Source: a virus (lineage: Duplodnaviria; Caudoviricetes). From it: DNA of 64,000 bases. Position 1 is the stretch's first letter. Every line of letters begins with the position of its first letter. The stretch is taken from the IMG/VR virus record IMGVR_UViG_3300005841_000939; one strand, written 5' to 3'. A model generated the notes under the pieces. The model searched no databases. It was not told the origin of the DNA and saw nothing but the letters and a program-made list of their open reading frames with translations. A program made the position numbers and the translations under genes. Of the stretch, positions 46,620-55,213 are shown in pieces.

Positions 46620-46833
46620 TTATGATTATTTCAGAAATATAATCATTGTAATTTTCTATATCAACTCCTTTGCTAGAAAAATATGGCAACTTTATTTCTG
46701 CTATGAGAAAATTATGAAAATTATTACCAAAATCAAATTTTAGAAACTTTATTTTTAAAGTCACATAGTCATATAAGATGTCAATCCCAGCATCATCCCC
46801 TTTTGTCTGACGATATATTTTATTCATAAACAT
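46573..46833 (-). CDS. KxxR-family protein
   Basis: KIYRQT..LKIKFL. Confidence 0.7.
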   Translation of the reverse strand: MFMNKIYRQTKGDDAGIDILYDYVTLKIKFLKFDFGNNFHNFLIAEIKLPYFSSKGVDIENYNDYISEIIINDVLEKMRYREFYNG

Positions 46834-47008
46834 CTATAGCATAATTTTCATAATTAGGATATTTTTCAATAACGAAATCATACCCTCTATATTCAATATT
46901 AAATATTGGATCAATTGGTTTTATACATAGAAAAGCACATTTATGAAATATCCATTTATGTAAATTCATATATTTAAGTTTTTTGTAACTGTTTCTGGTT
47001 TCTTTCAT
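46820..47008 (-). CDS. KxxR-family protein
   Basis: KETRNSY..WIFHKCAFL. Confidence 0.75.
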   Translation of the reverse strand: MKETRNSYKKLKYMNLHKWIFHKCAFLCIKPIDPIFNIEYRGYDFVIEKYPNYENYAIDVYE

Positions 47009-47232
47009 ATGTAAAGACGATGTTTTCCAGTTCTACGCAAATAATGAACATTCAATGCATATAGTGCTTTACTATGCCAACTTCTATCGTAATGAGTTAA
47101 ATAGACGAAATATTCCTCCATTATTAAAGAGAATTGTTCATGAAATTTTTTAGCTTTAAGTACATTGAAATCGTCTCTTACTTCAACTGCACTATATACA
47201 GGAATATGGTTTTGACGGTCTATTTTTTCCAT
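47005..47232 (-). CDS. KxxR-family protein
   Basis: KIDRQN..FNVLKAKKF. Confidence 0.75.
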   Translation of the reverse strand: MEKIDRQNHIPVYSAVEVRDDFNVLKAKKFHEQFSLIMEEYFVYLTHYDRSWHSKALYALNVHYLRRTGKHRLYI

Positions 47233-47510
47233 AGGTAGACCTTATTTCGTATATAGGATCTTTTCCTTTTGTTTCTTTTTATTCTTTTATCATTTATCCT
47301 ATTATTATAAAATATATTTGCAACTCTAATGTCACCTGAATCACATTTATTTAAATAATAAACACAATCTTCAAGGTTTATTTTATAATCCTTGTAAAAT
47401 AACTTTGCTTTTATCCGATTAAAGCTAATTTTAATATAATCTAGGGGATAATCTATACGACTATACCTATTAACTTTTTTATTGAGGCTTTTATTTATGT
47501 TAAGCATCAA
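47220..47510 (-). CDS. KxxR-family protein
   Basis: KVNRYS..FNRIKAKLF. Confidence 0.7.
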   Translation of the reverse strand: MMLNINKSLNKKVNRYSRIDYPLDYIKISFNRIKAKLFYKDYKINLEDCVYYLNKCDSGDIRVANIFYNNRINDKRIKRNKRKRSYIRNKVYLWKK

Positions 47511-47539
47511 TACGGTATTTTATTGATGCATATAAAAAA

Positions 47540-47773
47540 TCAATCAATAACACTATGTGGAATTGATAATAGTGTTTTAGGGTCATCAATTGATATAAGA
47601 AATAAATAAAGTTTAGTCTCAGGATCATACACTCCTTGAGGATTTTTTGTAAACGAGATGAACGAATATTTATTACTTGACCAATGCTGGCTAAAAAATC
47701 TATATGATTTTAATTCGTTAATGCATGTTAATCTATTAATTTTCATATTTTTTTGTAAATTCAATGACACCAA
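47540..47773 (-). CDS. KxxR-family protein
   Basis: KINRLT..WSSNKYSF. Confidence 0.7.
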   Translation of the reverse strand: MVSLNLQKNMKINRLTCINELKSYRFFSQHWSSNKYSFISFTKNPQGVYDPETKLYLFLISIDDPKTLLSIPHSVID

Positions 47774-48059
47774 CTAAATTTAAATGCCATGTATAAGAAT
47801 TCATACCATGCACGTATGTATTTTCTTTCTCTGGAATAAATCTGTAAATCATTTCTTGTGTTGAACTATCATTTATGTTACTTATGTAATGTTTACAATC
47901 TGTATAGTAATTATATAACAAGAAGGCTGCACAATTATCTGCCCACTCAAAAGAATCTAATCCATAACTATTTGAATATTTTCCATTTTTATGCCATACC
48001 ATAACTAATGCATAATCTTGTCTATCTATTTTTCTATCATCATATGTTATTGGATTCAT
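47736..48059 (-). CDS. KxxR-family protein
   Basis: KIDRQDY. Confidence 0.7.
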   Translation of the reverse strand: MNPITYDDRKIDRQDYALVMVWHKNGKYSNSYGLDSFEWADNCAAFLLYNYYTDCKHYISNINDSSTQEMIYRFIPEKENTYVHGMNSYTWHLNLVGVIEFTKKYEN

Positions 48060-48412
48060 TTGAAATTATAAACTCCCTCAATATATTCTGTTGGGTCAAA
48101 TTCACTGAAATCCCAACCAGTTATTTCATCATGTTCATTTCTATATATAATTGCATATGTTTGCGGAAAAGAGAGCGTAACTTTCATATCTTCTGCAGGC
48201 AACATAAGTTTCCTATCAAATAACCAACGAATTCTATAAAAAGCCCATCCTTTCCAATAATGAGCTATATTCCAATCCCACATGAAAAAATACATCTTTT
48301 TAAGAGATGATGGATCATATTGACGATTGAATTTAATATCTATAAACTCATGTGAAAATATTTCACCTGGTAAAAGATTATCCTCATAAAATGACAGCGG
48401 CATATTTGCCAT
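48056..48412 (-). CDS. KxxR-family protein
   Basis: KFNRQY. Confidence 0.7.
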   Translation of the reverse strand: MANMPLSFYEDNLLPGEIFSHEFIDIKFNRQYDPSSLKKMYFFMWDWNIAHYWKGWAFYRIRWLFDRKLMLPAEDMKVTLSFPQTYAIIYRNEHDEITGWDFSEFDPTEYIEGVYNFK

Positions 48413-48702
48413 TACGTGTAATCCTCATAAGATAAACAATTATAGAGAGGTTGAGCAATTATATCTTTAAATCGTGAATGATGATCCAATAACTTTTCAT
48501 CCATCAAGAACGTTAATTTATAAAATTGCAGGTCTCTAAATGACTCTTTCCACTTTACATTATTATTTTGATTGTGTCTAGTAATTTTTGCATACAGGTC
48601 TTCAAACTCCATAACCGTATAAAGATTATGTCCTGAAATACCACTTTTATCAGGAATCAAGTCAAAACGTAAATTCCTGATTCTTATTTTTGCCGCAGCC
48701 AT
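48412..48702 (-). CDS. KxxR-family protein (module C-terminal)
   Basis: KITRHN..FRDLQFYKLTFL. Confidence 0.7.
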   Translation of the reverse strand: MAAAKIRIRNLRFDLIPDKSGISGHNLYTVMEFEDLYAKITRHNQNNNVKWKESFRDLQFYKLTFLMDEKLLDHHSRFKDIIAQPLYNCLSYEDYT

Positions 48703-48911
48703 TCTATTTTATCCCTTGGATCATTTATGCCTAGTAGAGAGATTAATTCAGATTTAGATAATTCATTATTCCAAATTCTATTTCTATGTTGTTCTATAAA
48801 ATTGGCAACCAATATGCTTCGCCAACCATTGAGAATTTCATATCTAGGATTATCTAATGCGGTATAATTATACCTATCCTCATAATCATGCCTTGTCTTT
48901 AAAATACTCAT
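48684..48911 (-). CDS. KxxR-family protein
   Basis: LKTRHDY..WRSILVANF. Confidence 0.7.
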   Translation of the reverse strand: MSILKTRHDYEDRYNYTALDNPRYEILNGWRSILVANFIEQHRNRIWNNELSKSELISLLGINDPRDKIEWLRQK

Positions 48912-48929
48912 AAGTTTCGCAAATTAATC

Positions 48930-49130
48930 TTATAATTTTGTTTTGTTAGTTTTAAACTTTCTTTCCTCTACAACCTTCCACAATCCAGTTTCTAAATTAA
49001 TGTGAATTTCAAAAATTCTATTTGGGAATTTTTTGTTTAAAAAGTTTTTAGAACAAAATCCAAAATAATCCTCAGAACAAGCTGTTGTATCAGGATAATT
49101 ATATCTATGAATTTTATCTTGAATGCACAT
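48930..49130 (-). CDS. KxxR-family protein
   Basis: KIHRYNY..SKNFL..NRIFEI. Confidence 0.7.
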   Translation of the reverse strand: MCIQDKIHRYNYPDTTACSEDYFGFCSKNFLNKKFPNRIFEIHINLETGLWKVVEERKFKTNKTKL

Positions 49131-49305
49131 AATTTTTCTTCAAAACATTAAACAATGAAAATCTGTAATCAGATGACATATTTAAACTTTTTTTATATCT
49201 TGTGTCTTTTTTATTTATCAATTCATCATAATTTAATTTATCTGCATTAGTTTTCATCATATATAACTGAAAATCAATATTTTCTTCAAAAAAATCTTGA
49301 TTCAT
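49114..49305 (-). CDS. KxxR-family protein
   Basis: KDTRYK..FNVLKKNY. Confidence 0.7.
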   Translation of the reverse strand: MNQDFFEENIDFQLYMMKTNADKLNYDELINKKDTRYKKSLNMSSDYRFSLFNVLKKNYVHSR

Positions 49306-49529
49306 AATGGTATCTCAAATAAATTATATCTAAAAATAGTTGTTGGTATTGAACTTATAAATCTTTCTCTTAAACTTCTCCATGTAATATCAAGTCTATC
49401 ATATGGTTGATCGTTATTGATAGGGCGGATTGATCCCAGACGATGCATAATTAATTCAGAAGGATATGTAATTGACCATTCAGGTGTTTGCCTCCAATGT
49501 TTATATGTTTCACGACTAACTTTTTTCAT
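49302..49529 (-). CDS. KxxR-family protein
   Basis: KVSRETY..ITWRSLRERF. Confidence 0.75.
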   Translation of the reverse strand: MKKVSRETYKHWRQTPEWSITYPSELIMHRLGSIRPINNDQPYDRLDITWRSLRERFISSIPTTIFRYNLFEIPL

Positions 49530-49734
49530 TAAAAATCCAATGTTTTTTATGAGTCTCTATTATTTCTTCTATTGTATACCCCAAAGATTGTATATGCAAA
49601 TAACCATTTGGTAATACCGAATAATTAGGTATAGTATCTGGAAAATTCTTTAAAAACAATTCAGGATATGCTTTCCAAGAAGCGTACTGATGTCTGTTGA
49701 TTTTATTTTGGAGAATAAGATTTGTTAATATCAT
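49516..49734 (-). CDS. KxxR-family protein
   Basis: KINRHQY. Confidence 0.7.
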   Translation of the reverse strand: MILTNLILQNKINRHQYASWKAYPELFLKNFPDTIPNYSVLPNGYLHIQSLGYTIEEIIETHKKHWIFNEKS

Positions 49735-50180
49735 AAATCATATTGCCATTCTTTTCCTGCTTTAAATCCATATTTAAGATATGCTGCTTGAGCTTTCATG
49801 TTGGTATCTTCAACAAACAACGTCAGTTTATCACACCCTTCAGCTATGGCTATCTTTTTGCAAGCATCTAGCAGTCTCATTAAGTGACCTCTTCGTCTAA
49901 ATTCTTGTGCAATAATGACACCGTCAATATATAAATTTTTGGCGTTTCTCCAATCACTAAATTTAAATGATGCTCTCAGACATCCAACATAATTTTCTTC
50001 ATCTTCAGCGATCAGATAAAATCCATGTTCAGCAGTTTTTGCATTAAGAATTGTTGTTATTCCATCAACTAACTTTGGAGGAATTTCATTATATTCTTCC
50101 ATTGCCAAATTATATTGGAGGAAGATTAATGGGGTTAAATGTTCTATTGTAGCTCTGCGTATTGTCATAATATTATTCAA
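49731..50180 (-). CDS. GNAT acetyltransferase
   Basis: LYIDGVIIAQEFRRRGH motif A; LFVEDTNMKAQAAYLKYGF motif B. Confidence 0.9.
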   Translation of the reverse strand: MNNIMTIRRATIEHLTPLIFLQYNLAMEEYNEIPPKLVDGITTILNAKTAEHGFYLIAEDEENYVGCLRASFKFSDWRNAKNLYIDGVIIAQEFRRRGHLMRLLDACKKIAIAEGCDKLTLFVEDTNMKAQAAYLKYGFKAGKEWQYDL

Positions 50181-50478
50181 AGGATGATGGTTTACTTTCC
50201 ATCACATAAACTGTTGTTTGATGTGACGATGGAAATACTACTAAATGCTTTTTAATTAAAAAATCCAATCTTATGTACGCTATTGGATACAGATGCAATT
50301 TATAGAAAAGTAAACCTTGGAAAGAATTTCTTGTAATCTTATGTGAAAGAACATGATCTGTTGTAGTTGTATATACTCTTTCTCTAAAATCTTTTGCAGT
50401 TGCAACATATTCACTGCCCAAAAAACTATAATTTACTATGTCCACACGTACTTTCAATGGTTCAAAATGCAATTGCAT
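50173..50478 (-). CDS. KxxR-family protein (module C-terminal)
   Basis: KITRNSF..IRLDFL. Confidence 0.7.
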   Translation of the reverse strand: MQLHFEPLKVRVDIVNYSFLGSEYVATAKDFRERVYTTTTDHVLSHKITRNSFQGLLFYKLHLYPIAYIRLDFLIKKHLVVFPSSHQTTVYVMESKPSSFE

Positions 50479-50480
50479 AA

Positions 50481-50747
50481 TTAATATTTGTAAATTTCTA
50501 ATAAACGTGGCGTGGAATCATCATGTATTTTAACAAAATAAAATCTTGTTGCTAACCAATATTTAACAAAATCATTTGATAATTTTATTTCTATTGAATA
50601 TCTATTAAATTTTGAAAATCTCCTACGATTATAGGTTTTAAGAACCCAGTCTATTTGTATATGATCAGTATCATCGCTTACAAGCAACTCCTCAAAATAA
50701 GGATTTTGTTTAGGCTTAGGCACGAAATATTTAAAAAAAGAATTCAT
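50481..50747 (-). CDS. KxxR-family protein (module C-terminal)
   Basis: KFNRYS..WLATRFYF. Confidence 0.7.
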   Translation of the reverse strand: MNSFFKYFVPKPKQNPYFEELLVSDDTDHIQIDWVLKTYNRRRFSKFNRYSIEIKLSNDFVKYWLATRFYFVKIHDDSTPRLLEIYKY

Positions 50748-50995
50748 ACCACATATCCTTTTGGCTCAATAACTCCTTTTGTTTTAAGAAAATAAAATCG
50801 CATATAATGCAAGAAGTACCATTGAAAATTTTGTTTGATTACATGTCTATGAACAACACTATTAACTTCTGAATAAAATACCAGAATATCAGACCTTTGC
50901 AAAAATCCGTCAGTGTTTACTACAGCTAAACTATATCTAGGAATTTCAAACTTGCAAAATGCAGCATTATGATAATTAAAACTAATAGACATCAA
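50744..50995 (-). CDS. possible divergent KxxR-family protein
   Basis: VVHRHV..MRFYFL. Confidence 0.55.
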   Translation of the reverse strand: MMSISFNYHNAAFCKFEIPRYSLAVVNTDGFLQRSDILVFYSEVNSVVHRHVIKQNFQWYFLHYMRFYFLKTKGVIEPKGYVV

Positions 50996-51690
50996 AAAAT
51001 TTCAGCTTTAACAATATCAAGAACCTGTTTACATTTTTCTAAATCAAATAAATCGTTAGTTCTTAGTTTTGATTCCATATCAATCCAAGTTGGAATTGTT
51101 TCTGTTTTACTCAGAATATCTAATAGGTTTTCTTTGACATTTTCTGGACCCATTCCACCTGCATATCCACAATACCTACCAGGAAGTGGTTCCTGCCATT
51201 TGGTTGCTTCAATTCCACGGCCACCCGATGCATCAAATAGGAATGCGTGGTTCGTATAATGAACCATATGATGCCATATATGCCCATTACTGACATTATG
51301 CTGCGTTAAAAACGTTTTGTCTGGTGTTAGTACAAACAAATTTTCTAAGTCGCTTAAATCAAATGGATTTTTATGTATGTTGAAATTTAGCTGAATCCGT
51401 TGAAATGGTTTAATCAAGGTAAGCATTTCATGATCACCATTTAATATTCTAGGAACTGCATCTCCGCACAAATGAATAGCAAAATTGCCTGTATGTCGTT
51501 TATATATTTCTTCTGAAAGTTCTTTAATCCATTTTTCACTTGGGTATCGCCCACCACCTCCACACCTTTTTGGTGAAAATAATATACCCCATTCAACAAA
51601 GTTGTATTGATCACTCAATTCAAATAACTTATTGATAGGAGTTGAATCATCAGCACCAGTCAAGGTACAAATAAATTTAGGACGATACAT
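50992..51690 (-). CDS. TrpF (phosphoribosylanthranilate isomerase)-like TIM-barrel protein
   Basis: LFDASGGRG, GYAGGMGPENV, WIDMESKLR motifs. Confidence 0.75.
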   Translation of the reverse strand: MYRPKFICTLTGADDSTPINKLFELSDQYNFVEWGILFSPKRCGGGGRYPSEKWIKELSEEIYKRHTGNFAIHLCGDAVPRILNGDHEMLTLIKPFQRIQLNFNIHKNPFDLSDLENLFVLTPDKTFLTQHNVSNGHIWHHMVHYTNHAFLFDASGGRGIEATKWQEPLPGRYCGYAGGMGPENVKENLLDILSKTETIPTWIDMESKLRTNDLFDLEKCKQVLDIVKAEIF

Positions 51691-51743
51691 AAGAGCTTTC
51701 TAATTGTTGTTGACAACTAACATTTTTATTTGAAAATCGTAAT

Positions 51744-51932
51744 ATGTCAAGAGCACAATTACTAGAAGAAATCAAAAAATTAGAGGATCAAGAATCACAA
51801 TTGATGATTCAATGGTCTGAGGCTACAGATCCTTTAATTATTGAATTACTTTCTGCAACATTGGAATTGACAAGAGCAGGTATAAAATTATCTAAAGTTG
51901 GACTTAAAATTGAAGACGCTAATAGATTTTAG
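51744..51932 (+). CDS. small coiled-coil protein on the opposite strand
   Basis: heptad pattern; TTGACA at 51711 upstream; fills a gap between - strand genes. Confidence 0.6.
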   Translation: MSRAQLLEEIKKLEDQESQLMIQWSEATDPLIIELLSATLELTRAGIKLSKVGLKIEDANRF

Positions 51933-52219
51933 AAAAACAATCTAGTAAACTTCTCGCGAGTTTTTATTTTATATTTATTTGATAAGAATAACAAACATAA
52001 GACTACAAAATTTTCATTCTCAATTTTTTCATATGTTTCAATATTAGTATTACGTGTAAACTTATAAGTTTTATCACTTATAATCATATAACATATCCAC
52101 TCATTACGATGATATATTATCTCACATGGCGAATGACTTATTAATGTTATTGATGCTGTACGAAAATTTGTAGAGCCAATTAACTTTGCAGGCTTTAATG
52201 TAGTATTCTCCAAGTTCAT
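51929..52219 (-). CDS. KxxR-family protein (module C-terminal)
   Basis: KFTRNT..FVVLCLLFL. Confidence 0.65.
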   Translation of the reverse strand: MNLENTTLKPAKLIGSTNFRTASITLISHSPCEIIYHRNEWICYMIISDKTYKFTRNTNIETYEKIENENFVVLCLLFLSNKYKIKTREKFTRLFF

Positions 52220-52328
52220 ATAAGTACTTTTGATTATTTCGCGTTACTTTTCTATTAAGTTCATATAAAGCTAATTGCAATTGAATTAATTCAGAATCAC
52301 TAAAATCAGAATAGTAATCTTTCATCAA
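52122..52328 (-). CDS. KxxR-family protein
   Basis: KVTRNN..YYIKACKVNWL. Confidence 0.65.
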   Translation of the reverse strand: MMKDYYSDFSDSELIQLQLALYELNRKVTRNNQKYLYELGEYYIKACKVNWLYKFSYSINNINKSFAM

Positions 52329-52530
52329 CAGACATTATAACACCTTTATCAATTAACCATTTTGTGCGCCAATATATAAACCCATCAGACGTATTATAAA
52401 TGTCAAAAATATATTTACTTGTTTGACGATTTACATTACACTTTAGATCATTCCATTCCTCTTCATAATATATGTCGCTTGAATCCTTGACATTAATTTT
52501 GAATACTCTCTCAAACATAGTATATCGCAA
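52306..52530 (-). CDS. KxxR-family protein
   Basis: NVNRQT..YWRTKWL. Confidence 0.65.
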   Translation of the reverse strand: MRYTMFERVFKINVKDSSDIYYEEEWNDLKCNVNRQTSKYIFDIYNTSDGFIYWRTKWLIDKGVIMSVDERLLF

Positions 52531-52556
52531 GTTTACAGTGTTCTTTTGTTAAGCAA
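52530..52556 (-). promoter_or_regulatory. sigma70-like promoter, 15 bp spacer
   Basis: TTGCTT-N15-TAAACT pointing into the array. Confidence 0.55.
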
Positions 52557-52585
52557 TCAAGAAGTGTTTCCTAAACATAAAGGAT

Positions 52586-52879
52586 TTAAGAGATAGCATG
52601 CGCCACCATTTCCTCATCCTCACATGTATTTTTTGCAAGCCATAAATGCGAAACTATTTCAAACCCTACGCCAAAGAATTCATGATCATAATCCATCAAA
52701 TCTTCTTTAATGGCATAAGTTCCATATCTAGATTCTGGCATCATAAGCATATATACAAAACATAATAACATTTCGCTATCAGTTTCATTAAATCCACCAT
52801 ATATTTCAGAAATTTCTTCATAATATTTTTCAGAAATACAATATGAATCCACTTCTCTATCACGTATGTCTAGCGCCAT
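52586..52879 (-). CDS. acidic protein, possible divergent KxxR member
   Basis: PESRYGTY..IKEDL. Confidence 0.6.
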   Translation of the reverse strand: MALDIRDREVDSYCISEKYYEEISEIYGGFNETDSEMLLCFVYMLMMPESRYGTYAIKEDLMDYDHEFFGVGFEIVSHLWLAKNTCEDEEMVAHAIS

Positions 52880-53238
52880 TGATTTTTGTCCGATAAAAAT
52901 TCTAAAAATTGGTTTTCATGTTTAATATCATTTAAAAATAATATAGACAATGCAATAAGTTTAATTTCAGCATCTATTGCGTCTTTAAAAAATAAATTAT
53001 TTTCTTCTTCATACCTACCTATTTTTTCAGCATCTTTATCTATTTTCAATGCCATTTTAAGATATTTTTTATTTCTAGGAACTTCAAAAACAAATCCCCT
53101 ACCATGTTCAAGCGTTGAATAATTTGAAATTATATTTATGGTATCATTGAAATACCGACGAAAACTAGTATTATCTTCATCCTTAAAAGTAAAATACAAA
53201 GAATGACCTTCGCTATCTTTTCTCATGAAGATTATCAT
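52870..53238 (-). CDS. KxxR-family protein (module C-terminal)
   Basis: KIGRYE. Confidence 0.7.
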   Translation of the reverse strand: MIIFMRKDSEGHSLYFTFKDEDNTSFRRYFNDTINIISNYSTLEHGRGFVFEVPRNKKYLKMALKIDKDAEKIGRYEEENNLFFKDAIDAEIKLIALSILFLNDIKHENQFLEFLSDKNQWR

Positions 53239-53558
53239 TCAATGTCCCTAAACACCATTTTCTTCCATTCTATATCTTTTTCATTAAACCACAACCATTT
53301 TAGTTCAACAAGAGAACAAGGTCTGTTTGAATCGCAAAAATCTTTATCTTCTGATTGTGTTAATCTATTATTAAATCTACTTACTTGTTCATTAATATAT
53401 TTAAGAATAGATGATTTTGACATTACCCAATGACAAGAATTATCTTCTAAGTCAGTGACATATAACCATATGTGTTTATTATGTTTTTCACGAAGGATTC
53501 TTCCTACTTGAAAAAACTTAGATTGTGAGGAATCATACACTTGTAAAAAGCTATCCAT
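53235..53558 (-). CDS. KxxR-family protein (module C-terminal)
   Basis: QVSRFN..LVELKWLWF. Confidence 0.6.
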   Translation of the reverse strand: MDSFLQVYDSSQSKFFQVGRILREKHNKHIWLYVTDLEDNSCHWVMSKSSILKYINEQVSRFNNRLTQSEDKDFCDSNRPCSLVELKWLWFNEKDIEWKKMVFRDIE

Positions 53559-53622
53559 AACGTAAATTCCTTATGGTAAAATGATTTCAAAACTTAATAT
53601 CTATAACTATCTATACTCTCTT

Positions 53623-53892
53623 TCAATTGAAAAACCCAAAATGTGCATAAAAATATTCACCGCTTGCCTCTACATCAGAATATTTTCTTTGTAAAAAATG
53701 CGTAACTAACATCGCTAAATTACAATTTTTAAATGTATTACCACCGTTGTCATGCCTGTTTATTTTAATTGATAATGATATATTGATCTCTTTGTATGAA
53801 GGAAAAACTATAGAACCTTCTTTAACACGAAGATAAAACAAATCTTCACAGCAAATGGATATTACTTTATCATAAATAAAGTCCATTACCAT
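53623..53892 (-). CDS. KxxR-family protein (module C-terminal)
   Basis: KINRHD..LVTHFL. Confidence 0.7.
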   Translation of the reverse strand: MVMDFIYDKVISICCEDLFYLRVKEGSIVFPSYKEINISLSIKINRHDNGGNTFKNCNLAMLVTHFLQRKYSDVEASGEYFYAHFGFFN

Positions 53893-54200
53893 TTTATCTC
53901 ATATTCTGTTGTGATAAATACTTCTGTACAATTCATATCCGTCTTATCATCAGTGTTTAAAAACTTTTTAATAAGTATAGGCATTGGAATAGTTACAATC
54001 ATGAATGTATTTGTTATATCTTGTCTTCCAATTTTTATCTGAAGAAGTTGATCAACATATGATATTCTTAATCTTACTGTTTGTATAGTGTCATCTTTAG
54101 TATTAATTACATATTGGTCATTTTCAACATGAACTGTTCCTCTTTTTATTAAAGATACATATGTAATTACTGGATCAAAACTAGGCAGTTGGTATTGCAT
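53886..54200 (-). CDS. KxxR-family protein (module C-terminal)
   Basis: KIGRQD..LIKKFL. Confidence 0.7.
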   Translation of the reverse strand: MQYQLPSFDPVITYVSLIKRGTVHVENDQYVINTKDDTIQTVRLRISYVDQLLQIKIGRQDITNTFMIVTIPMPILIKKFLNTDDKTDMNCTEVFITTEYEIKW

Positions 54201-54486
54201 GTTTTTTATTCCAATCGCGCTGATGGACTTCCCACATGACAGCCAATGTTAAAGTATAATCCTCATAGGTTTTCTTAATGCGCAAATATTTTAATGGATC
54301 AAACATCTTTTCTGGATTGATGTTTATCCAATCTTTAACAGTTTCGCGCTGCATGTCCTTCAATAGTTCACGTTGAAACGCAAGCTCATGGGCATATTCT
54401 TTAATAAAAAATTCTTCAAATTTTTTATCTGTATACCGAAATACAAATCCGGATTCATCATCCCATGATTCAGGCTTTAAGATCAT
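54181..54486 (-). CDS. hypothetical protein
   Basis: 101 aa ORF; only weak motif similarity (DMQRET). Confidence 0.6.
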   Translation of the reverse strand: MILKPESWDDESGFVFRYTDKKFEEFFIKEYAHELAFQRELLKDMQRETVKDWININPEKMFDPLKYLRIKKTYEDYTLTLAVMWEVHQRDWNKKHAIPTA

Positions 54487-54911
54487 GATTCTTTAGATTT
54501 TGATTCTGCGTCATGCACTTGTTTAACAAGATGGCTAATTTCACGAACCAATTCTAATCCAACGGAAACACTTTCTCCAGGACGTAAGCAATCAACTAAA
54601 TCTCCCAATCTATTAATTACTCTATTCATATAATATTTTCTAGCACTTAAAGATAATGCATGATCTTTAGTTATACCTGGAAACGCATTTATTGATTGTA
54701 ATTCTTCAACAGTAGTTGGTAATTTTATTTGCTTTTTAAATAACTTATTCCAAAAAGATTGATTGTGTTTAACACAAGCGTCTTGCACTTCTTTAAGAAA
54801 AAGATTATTTAATTCAATAATGTGCTCATCTCTTTCTTTAATAAGAAGTTCTCTTACTTTTGCCAACACATTACCAGAAATTACAACATGAGTAGTAGTA
54901 CATTCAGACAT
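54483..54911 (-). CDS. hypothetical protein
   Basis: 142 aa ORF. Confidence 0.7.
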   Translation of the reverse strand: MSECTTTHVVISGNVLAKVRELLIKERDEHIIELNNLFLKEVQDACVKHNQSFWNKLFKKQIKLPTTVEELQSINAFPGITKDHALSLSARKYYMNRVINRLGDLVDCLRPGESVSVGLELVREISHLVKQVHDAESKSKES

Positions 54912-54915
54912 TTTA

Positions 54916-55134
54916 TTAGATGAATGGGTCTAAACCTTTTTCCCAAAGGAAGAGAACAACCAAACCTTTCACTTGCCATTCTACTTCGTCATTTACTATA
55001 CGCAAATAGCAACCTTTACACCAAATTTTGTTCTCTAGGTCTAAAAATTCAGTTGAATCCTCTTCTGTAGGTACCCATCCATCACGAACTTGAAGCAAAT
55101 AGGATATAACAAATGCTTTTTCTTTTTGCTTCAT
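54916..55134 (-). CDS. hypothetical protein
   Basis: GGAG RBS. Confidence 0.6.
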   Translation of the reverse strand: MKQKEKAFVISYLLQVRDGWVPTEEDSTEFLDLENKIWCKGCYLRIVNDEVEWQVKGLVVLFLWEKGLDPFI

Positions 55135-55213
55135 AGTGGCATTTTCTCCACCATCTATTTAGCAAAATAAGGATCCTATTATACCACCATTTAAAATAAT
55201 TTAAATTAGGTTT

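Larger units (their letters stand above)
30357..54486 (-). repeat. tandem array of about 80 divergent paralogous small ORFs ('KxxR' family)
   Basis: recurrent K-x-[NTDS]-R-[QHYN]-[STDN]-Y, [WF]xxLKxxF and [NY]ExRIxxI motifs; overlapping or abutting start/stop codons; very AT-rich. Confidence 0.9.

Noticed and set aside
30357-54486. Many short ORFs as a sign of stop-codon reassignment fragmenting long genes
   Set aside because: Members end in TAA, TGA and TAG alike, neighbours are in different frames, each has its own copy of the motif, and long genes (rIIA, kinase) are intact in the standard code.
30357-54486. CRISPR array, integron cassette array or DGR as the source of the paralog array
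   Set aside because: I found no DNA direct repeats, no attC-like palindromes between genes (most genes overlap), and no cas, integrase or reverse transcriptase gene in the window; similarity is at protein level only.
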